Of a stretch of 64,000 nucleotides of DNA, positions 60,026 to 64,000 are shown piece after piece. The DNA lies in NCBI GenBank assembly GCA_050287085.1, contig JBNKBE010000005.1, positions 96,001-160,000 on the forward strand, read 5' to 3'. A model generated the notes under the pieces. The model worked only from the letters and a program-made list of their open reading frames with translations. It searched no databases and was not told the origin of the DNA. The translations under genes and the position numbers were made by a program. Source of the DNA: Polyangiaceae bacterium (GTDB taxonomy: Bacteria > Myxococcota_A > Polyangia > Polyangiales > Polyangiaceae). Within the stretch, counting starts at the first letter, position 1. Each line of letters starts with the position of its first letter.

Positions 60026-60970
60026 ATGCATGTTCGAAATCCGATATTCTTGCTCGCGTTAGGTCTGCTCAGCGCCTGCTCGCAGTCCACCTCAAAGGAC
60101 CCAAAAGACGAGCGCGACGACGCCGGCGAGTCTCCAGCGCCCGCCTTCACCGACGCCGGTCAGGGGTTATTTCCCTTCGCGGGCACAGGCCTGTTGGCGC
60201 AAGGTGGGGAACTGAAACCGGGGACTCGAACCCCTCGAAAGCCACCTCCTCCTTTGGATGCGGGAGACAATGATGCCAGCGCCGGCGGGGCCCAAAGCTC
60301 GCCCGACGCAAGCGTCTCCGATGCAGGAGGAGTCCCTGCGCCTCCTGACGCCACGCCTCCCGAGGATGCTGCAGCCCCTCTGACCCCCTGCGAATCCGAG
60401 TGCGGCGCTGCCGGAGGATCGTGCGTGGACGATGCTTGCGTGTTCAACTGCAGCGACAGCGATAGCTGCGCGAGCGGAGTAAGATGCCCCGAGGGGCGCG
60501 ACTGTTTTGTCAGCTGCGGCGACGGAAGCTGCACCGGCGATGTTAGATGTGCGGCCAAACAAGCGTGTGAGGTGGATTGTTGGGGGGAAGACTCCTGTAG
60601 CGCCAACCTTCACTGCAACACCGCTGATCGTTGCGAACTCACCTGCCTAGGGAACGGCTCCTGCTCGGGTAGGGTGAGCATGACCGGCAGCAACGCGACC
60701 CTCGCGTGCCAAGGAAGCGGCAGCTGTAGCGCCGAGCTCGCGTGCTCCGCGGGATATTGTGGGCTCGAGTGCGGCGGCGCGCAGAGCTGCGCGCAGGGCA
60801 TCTCCACCAGCGGCGACGCGGTCGACGTTCGTTGCGCGGGAGCAGACTCCTGCGGTGGCGACATCAACTGCAGCGCGCGCCTCTGCGACGTCCAATGCGA
60901 AGGGGACAACAGCTGCGCAGGCGGTATCTTCTGCCACGCAAGTGAGTCGCTCAACGATTGCTCGCGCTGA
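60026..60970 (+). CDS. Cys-rich repeat lipoprotein
   Basis: Lipobox LLSAC; Pro/Asp linker; repeated C-x-G-x-x-SC units. Confidence 0.75.
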   Translation: MHVRNPIFLLALGLLSACSQSTSKDPKDERDDAGESPAPAFTDAGQGLFPFAGTGLLAQGGELKPGTRTPRKPPPPLDAGDNDASAGGAQSSPDASVSDAGGVPAPPDATPPEDAAAPLTPCESECGAAGGSCVDDACVFNCSDSDSCASGVRCPEGRDCFVSCGDGSCTGDVRCAAKQACEVDCWGEDSCSANLHCNTADRCELTCLGNGSCSGRVSMTGSNATLACQGSGSCSAELACSAGYCGLECGGAQSCAQGISTSGDAVDVRCAGADSCGGDINCSARLCDVQCEGDNSCAGGIFCHASESLNDCSR

Positions 60971-61118
60971 CCGCGCTGAAGCCGACCAGAGCGTGCTCCG
61001 CGACGCCCCAGAGACGCGCACCTAGCTCCAAAACGAGAGCGCCGCACCCAGCCGCACTAGCGACTGGGCGTCGCCTGTTCCCAAAAACCAGAGGCGCAGC
61101 CCTTTGAGCGTCGGCGCG

Positions 61119-61136
61119 GAGGCACTTGCGTGCCTC
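61119..61136 (-). terminator. Hairpin immediately after the DUF1552 gene
   Basis: Minus strand GAGGCAC-GCAA-GTGCCTC, 3 nt after the stop; no U-tract. Confidence 0.35.
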
Positions 61137-61139
61137 AAC

Positions 61140-62711
61140 TCAGGTCAAGACGGATAGCCCGCCATCGGTAAACGCAGCGTCCGGCCCAGCACCATAGCTA
61201 TTGATATCCACGCCAAACGCCTGCGCAATAGACACCAGAAGGTGATTGCTAGCACTGCCCCCATATTCGGAACCCCGTGCTTGGCAGGAATCATTGGGCA
61301 ATTCGCAAATTGGATCGAGCCTCACGCGGCGTCCAAATCTGAACGGCACGTTCGCTCCCCCCGCAAGAACCATCGGCACGTTCGTCGACGAGTGGCCGCT
61401 CGGGTTTCCCATCTCGCTAGTAACCATTACCAACGTGTTGTCGAGCGCGCCGAGACCATCCAACTGCTGCAGTAGACGCGCCACCTTCTGGTAAACATAC
61501 TTATTGTACTTTGCCAGAGGCAGCCAGCTCGTTTCATCGCCCGTACTCGCCAACTCGTTTGCCCAATCGATGTATCGGGTCGTGTAGTGGTGAGCCACTA
61601 GGTTGTGGAAATCTGACGGCAAGCCCAATCCCAGAGAGTCAGTCTCAGCGTTGTTCGCGACATCCCAGGGCAGATCGTTCATGACCATGGTGCCGAAGCG
61701 GGTGATGTCACAGGCACACGCCTGCGCCATCAGATCAATGAAGAAGTTAGTGACTCGATCGAAGGTTGGTTCGCCACCGTTGTAGCGCATCAGCCGCCCC
61801 AGCTCGTCCGGGTACTCACCCTCCGCAGGTCGCTGCGGAACCATACACCCGCCCCCACTACCATCTCCGCTGAACGACTTCTCCAGATCTCGAATCGACG
61901 CGAGATGCTGGTCCAACTTCTGCTGTTCAGCTGGCGCCAGTCGGGTATAAAGCCGGTTGCAGTCTTCCCGTACGGCGTCGATCACGCTTTGACCCAGCGC
62001 GTTACGTCGCAACAGCTCAGCTTTGCCCGCGGCATCGTCCGGCGCCACAAAGCCACCAAAACAATAGTCGAACGCCTCGTAGGGCGAGATGATCTTGCTC
62101 AATCCAACGCCACCAGCGCCGTAGGAAACGGAGATACCTGGATGCGGGTTCGGATCGCCCACGCACAACACGAGGTTGCTCTTCTTGGTGTCAGCCCCCA
62201 ATCCCATGTCAACCGACAGGAACTGATCCAACGAGGCATTTTGAGGCTGATTGCCGTTGAGCGCAGTGCCGGTCAGAATGCTCGACGTCGCATCATGCCC
62301 GTCCATCGGCAGGTCGATGCCCTCGAGAGTCAACAGCCTGTCCTTGAAACTCTTGCCGTAGGTGGCCGGGTCGTCGAACGGCTGCAACGAGCAGTTCGGA
62401 TAGGTGATATCGAAGTCGGTCTCGGTGTCAGTGCCTCGCCTGGACAAGCCATCCACCAGAATGTCTGGTGTGGTGGGCGTTCGCATCGAGAAGTACTCAT
62501 AGCAGACGCCATGCGGCGCTGATATCACGAGCAGCTTGAGCGGCAATGACTCCCCTGCCGCCTGCGCGACGGAGTCTTCCAGCAACCTGTAGAAGGGCAA
62601 CGCCGTGGCGCCCACCCCGACCGCCCGCAAGAATGAACGCCGCGTGGCGCTGCGGCTCGCAGTGCGCGGCTTGGCCTGAACATGGGGGCGGTTTCGTGCA
62701 TCGCGATTCAC
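61140..62711 (-). CDS. DUF1552-domain protein with Tat signal
   Basis: TRRSFLRAVG twin-arginine motif; SLDQ, KLDQHLASIRDLE, ACACDITR, LDNTLVMVTSEMG, HSSTNVP. Confidence 0.9.
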   Translation of the reverse strand: MNRDARNRPHVQAKPRTASRSATRRSFLRAVGVGATALPFYRLLEDSVAQAAGESLPLKLLVISAPHGVCYEYFSMRTPTTPDILVDGLSRRGTDTETDFDITYPNCSLQPFDDPATYGKSFKDRLLTLEGIDLPMDGHDATSSILTGTALNGNQPQNASLDQFLSVDMGLGADTKKSNLVLCVGDPNPHPGISVSYGAGGVGLSKIISPYEAFDYCFGGFVAPDDAAGKAELLRRNALGQSVIDAVREDCNRLYTRLAPAEQQKLDQHLASIRDLEKSFSGDGSGGGCMVPQRPAEGEYPDELGRLMRYNGGEPTFDRVTNFFIDLMAQACACDITRFGTMVMNDLPWDVANNAETDSLGLGLPSDFHNLVAHHYTTRYIDWANELASTGDETSWLPLAKYNKYVYQKVARLLQQLDGLGALDNTLVMVTSEMGNPSGHSSTNVPMVLAGGANVPFRFGRRVRLDPICELPNDSCQARGSEYGGSASNHLLVSIAQAFGVDINSYGAGPDAAFTDGGLSVLT

Positions 62712-64000
62712 TGCGGGCTCCTCTGAGTGAAGTTCGGGCTCTTGACGTAAGCAATCAGGACGTCCGCTAGACGGTCCTGCTGCTCGGACGGGAGCTGTTT
62801 CCAGGTATCAACGAATTCTTCTTCAGCCTTCGCCACTCGTCCATTGCTACGTGCCGCCGTGCTGCGGAATATCTGACGTGCGAGACAAGCCTTCACCAGG
62901 TCGCTCTTTGCAAATGCTGTAAAGAGCTCCATGCTGTCAGCATACTCGCCGTCGATGGCTTCGCCCGTCTTCAGCGTTGTGCTGGTATCTATCGGATGCT
63001 CGTTTTCTGTGGCGCGCATCCGGCCTATGCCGTCGAAGTTCTCAAGGGCAAAGCCAAGGGCGTCGATCGTAGAATGGCAACCCGCGCAGCCCGGATCAGT
63101 CGCATGGACGCTGAAGCGCTCACGCGTAGTTTTTGACGGATCCGCAGGTGGCAGAGTCACAACCAACCCAAGTGCCCCCGGATCGGGCGTCTCCAGGCAT
63201 GTCAGCCTGCGCATGACGGCAACACCACGGTACACAGGATGACTCCCGTTATTGCTGGCAAACACCGAGAGGAAAGCGCCTTGATTCAGAATTCCGCGCC
63301 GTTCCACGCTGGCTAGCGAGGTGTGCTGTCCTTCGCCTCCCCAAGGAACTCCGTAGAAACTCGCAAGCCGCTCACTGACGATCGTCCAGTCTGCGGTGAG
63401 CAGCTCGCTGAGGGTTCCAGTGGAACGATGCAGCACCTCATCGATGAAGGCGTAGCTCTCGTCCTCCATCGCCTTGCTTACGTCCGGAAACTCGGGATAT
63501 AGGCCCGCTGCTTTTTCCCTCCGCGCAACGCTTTCGATCCCTAGCCACTCGCGCACAACTCGGACCGAGCGAGCATGCCCCGCAGGCGAATCCAAGAGCC
63601 GCTTGGCCGCAGCCTCTCGGCCTTCCGGGGTGGCCAGGTCACCTGCGCTTGCCTGACTCATTAGCTCCGCGTCGGGGGGCGCCCCGGTCAGCAGGTACGC
63701 AAGCTGGGTCGCGATCTCTTCAGGTGTCAGAGCAATGGTTCCGGTGGCAGGCCCATCCCCCAACTCGGTCAGATACAAGAATGCAGGCGTCTGCAGAATG
63801 ACCCGGGTGACCAGATCGATGCCGTCGTCATAGCTGTAGCCGTCCGCCGCCACGTGATAGGCCGACGACGCACTCGTGACCAGGAACTCGAGCTCTGCAT
63901 CCGTAGGGGCTCGGCGGAAAGCCCTAGCTCCAAAGCTCTGCAGAAAATCCAGGGCGCACTGTTCACCGGCGCCCGTAGGATCGGCGCAAGGCGCAAGCTC
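62708..64000 (-). CDS. DUF1595/DUF1592/DUF1588/DUF1585 domain protein (5' part beyond window)
   Basis: Frame is open to the window edge (hand translation ...FGARAFRRAPT...); PAFLYLTE, RRGILNQGAFL, SHPVYRG, TTRER, CAGCH, GFALENFDGIGR; 4-nt overlap with the DUF1552 gene. Confidence 0.9.
   Translation of the reverse strand, partial: ELAPCADPTGAGEQCALDFLQSFGARAFRRAPTDAELEFLVTSASSAYHVAADGYSYDDGIDLVTRVILQTPAFLYLTELGDGPATGTIALTPEEIATQLAYLLTGAPPDAELMSQASAGDLATPEGREAAAKRLLDSPAGHARSVRVVREWLGIESVARREKAAGLYPEFPDVSKAMEDESYAFIDEVLHRSTGTLSELLTADWTIVSERLASFYGVPWGGEGQHTSLASVERRGILNQGAFLSVFASNNGSHPVYRGVAVMRRLTCLETPDPGALGLVVTLPPADPSKTTRERFSVHATDPGCAGCHSTIDALGFALENFDGIGRMRATENEHPIDTSTTLKTGEAIDGEYADSMELFTAFAKSDLVKACLARQIFRSTAARSNGRVAKAEEEFVDTWKQLPSEQQDRLADVLIAYVKSPNFTQRSPQ

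Noticed and set aside
61140..64000. DUF1552/DUF1592 pair as a novel system
   Set aside because: Uncharacterised, but a very common multi-copy pair in myxobacteria and planctomycetes; nothing distinctive is visible and the locus is truncated.

Overview
GC-rich, gene-dense bacterial chromosomal window. Gene content (TIGR02266-type PilZ protein, kinase-AAA-TPR fusion, CDDGN cysteine-rich repeat giant protein, DUF1552/DUF1592 pair, many lipoproteins) points to a myxobacterium, probably Polyangiales-like; this is an inference. No rRNA, tRNA, CRISPR array or mobile element was recognised. The left 25 kb is mostly housekeeping and signalling (folB, tsaE, PHP histidinol phosphatase, DUF3516 helicase, RelA-type synthetase, nadA, proC, dnaJ, Ser/Thr kinase, aminotransferase). 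The 25-56 kb region is rich in extracytoplasmic copper and redox functions: (i) an MNIO/DUF692 + DUF2063 bufferin-type RiPP locus whose 6-Cys precursor lies on the opposite strand, looks lipid-anchored and is co-transcribed with a diheme c-type lipoprotein; (ii) a zinc-site-less Cu-SOD-like lipoprotein divergent from a diheme cytochrome c peroxidase; (iii) a SCO copper chaperone directly upstream of a ~2130-aa copper radical oxidase fused to three LamG domains, two repeated unknown domains and a C-terminal CxxCH domain. The right end holds a candidate structured RNA, a pectinesterase-family lipoprotein, an arginase + LOR/SDH-type ornithine cyclodeaminase operon and a DUF1592/DUF1552 pair. All calls come from motif reading by eye; no database searches were run, and several start codons were moved from the ORF track by judgement.
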